In this document: one piece after another, positions 22,986 to 24,266 of the stretch
Layout: the number at the start of each line of letters is the position of its first letter
How positions within the stretch are numbered: position 1 is the stretch's first letter
Source: a virus
Taxonomy: Duplodnaviria; Caudoviricetes
Direction: 5' to 3' (one strand)
Virus record (IMG/VR): IMGVR_UViG_3300042294_000789
Coordinates: 1 to 24,266 of that record
DNA: 24,266 nucleotides
Position numbers and translations under genes: made by a program
Notes under the pieces: generated by a model
The model's input: the letters and a program-made list of their open reading frames with translations, nothing else
Told to the model about the DNA's origin: nothing
Databases searched by the model: none

Positions 22986-24085
22986 GAGTCGGGTTCGTTG
23001 CAGAAGACATGCTCCTAGACCAAGGCATACTGCGACCTAGTGGCTGCTCTTACTACCGTTGCCTGCTGCCACGTAACACGCTACGCAACGTGGACACAGC
23101 CTTCGGGCCACCAGCCTTCGCCACGGAACACGGCTTCGGTGTCCGACTGAACAGATCACAGGCCAGGTTCGGGTTCGACGTGATCGTGATGAAGATGCTG
23201 ATGCACAGGTGGGTACCGACACAGATCAAGCAGGCGCAGGACTTGGGTCAGATCGTGGTCGTGGACGTAGACGACTACTACCCTGGACTGCACCAGAACA
23301 ATGTCGCCTACGATATCACTGACCCGGAGAAGAACAAGGTCGCTAACCGTGACCACTACCAGGCTGTGATCATGGCTGCCGACTGGGTAACAGTGACGAC
23401 ACCGTTCCTGCGTGACTACTATTCGCAGTTCCGTGACAACGTGGTGATGATACGTAACGGCATCAACCCTGACCAGTTCACTAAGCATGAGGTGAAGAAC
23501 CGTAAGCCGGTGCTGGGTTGGGCGGGTGCGTTGAAGTGGCGGTCTAACGATTTAGATGGACTAAACGACTGGCTGCCCGACTTCCTCACTGAGCATGACC
23601 TGATGTTCTATCATGCTGGTCACATGCCTGACGCTCCAGAGTTCCAGAAGGAGGTCGGTGTGCCAGCGGGCAGGATGATCAAGTCACGGATGATGCCGTT
23701 GCACCGATACCACGAGATGCTGACGTTTGATATTGGCTGCGTGTTCCTGTCGGAGATTGACTTCAACCGTGCCAAGTCCACCATCAAGGGACTGGAGTAC
23801 GCTGCGTCGAACATTCCGTTCGTGGCACAAGCACTACCAGAGTATGAACTGCTATCGGAGCAGGGTGTCGGTCGTGTGGCACGTACCGCAGACGATTGGG
23901 TTCGCCACTTGACTGAACTTCTTGACTACAAGACACGGAAACGTGAAGCGGCAGTGCAACGGAACCTTGTGATCAAGGAGCACAGTATCAATGCCCGTGC
24001 CCACGAGTGGGCTGACTTCTTCGGACAGTTCGCCAGTCACAGGTCGCACACTCGCACAATCACGGGAATATACAAGTCGCTCTAG
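22982..24085 (+). CDS. GT-B fold glycosyltransferase (GT4-like)
   Basis: 'GCSYYRC..P', 'VVDVDD', 'ADWVTVTT', 'IRNGI', 'LGWAG', 'FDIG' and 'FNRAKSTIK.LEYAA...P'. Confidence 0.85.
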   Translation: MRVGFVAEDMLLDQGILRPSGCSYYRCLLPRNTLRNVDTAFGPPAFATEHGFGVRLNRSQARFGFDVIVMKMLMHRWVPTQIKQAQDLGQIVVVDVDDYYPGLHQNNVAYDITDPEKNKVANRDHYQAVIMAADWVTVTTPFLRDYYSQFRDNVVMIRNGINPDQFTKHEVKNRKPVLGWAGALKWRSNDLDGLNDWLPDFLTEHDLMFYHAGHMPDAPEFQKEVGVPAGRMIKSRMMPLHRYHEMLTFDIGCVFLSEIDFNRAKSTIKGLEYAASNIPFVAQALPEYELLSEQGVGRVARTADDWVRHLTELLDYKTRKREAAVQRNLVIKEHSINARAHEWADFFGQFASHRSHTRTITGIYKSL

Positions 24086-24264
24086 CCGTACAGTCTCGTG
24101 GTTTTCTCCACGAACTCGTCCACCCTGCGTGAGAACACCGGGAGCAGGCTACGGTAGTGGTCCCATGCCAGGTGTACTTCACGCCTAGCCTCATCCAACT
24201 CTTCCATGTCCCACGCCACACCGAACGGTATCCAGTTGTGTTCGATGATCTGCTGCCTCGTCAT
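24082..24264 (-). CDS. Hypothetical protein, convergent, possibly 5'-truncated
   Basis: 60-aa ORF whose stop overlaps the glycosyltransferase stop; begins at the window edge. Confidence 0.5.
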   Translation of the reverse strand: MTRQQIIEHNWIPFGVAWDMEELDEARREVHLAWDHYRSLLPVFSRRVDEFVEKTTRLYG

Positions 24265-24266
24265 CA

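Overview
A 24 kb segment of a tailed dsDNA phage genome. The host is almost certainly an actinobacterium, based on a WhiB gene, an Rpf-like transglycosylase and an actinobacterial-type TTGTCCACA DnaA box. The minus-strand late arm (16.4 kb to 1) runs: large terminase with an N-terminal HTH, portal, a tightly coupled array of eight 33-88 aa mostly Lys-rich microproteins, two small conserved proteins, four probable internal virion/ejection proteins (one of 1789 aa), an 89-nt tmRNA-like RNA with no mRNA domain, an HNH endonuclease, a structured leader, scaffold, N4-gp56-like major capsid protein and a truncated structural gene. A 0.75 kb divergent intergenic region holds an array of GC-rich inverted repeats, an AT-rich tract, seven DnaA boxes (oriC-like) and a sigma-A-type promoter. 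The plus-strand arm (17.2-24.1 kb) holds many small early/middle genes separated by repeated hairpin/RBS elements, an HhH-glycosylase-like protein, WhiB, a transglycosylase, a second HNH and a GT-B glycosyltransferase. The most notable items are the mini tmRNA-like RNA, the DnaA-box cluster, the basic microprotein array and the inverted-repeat array upstream of the terminase. All family calls come from motif recognition by eye; no searches were run.
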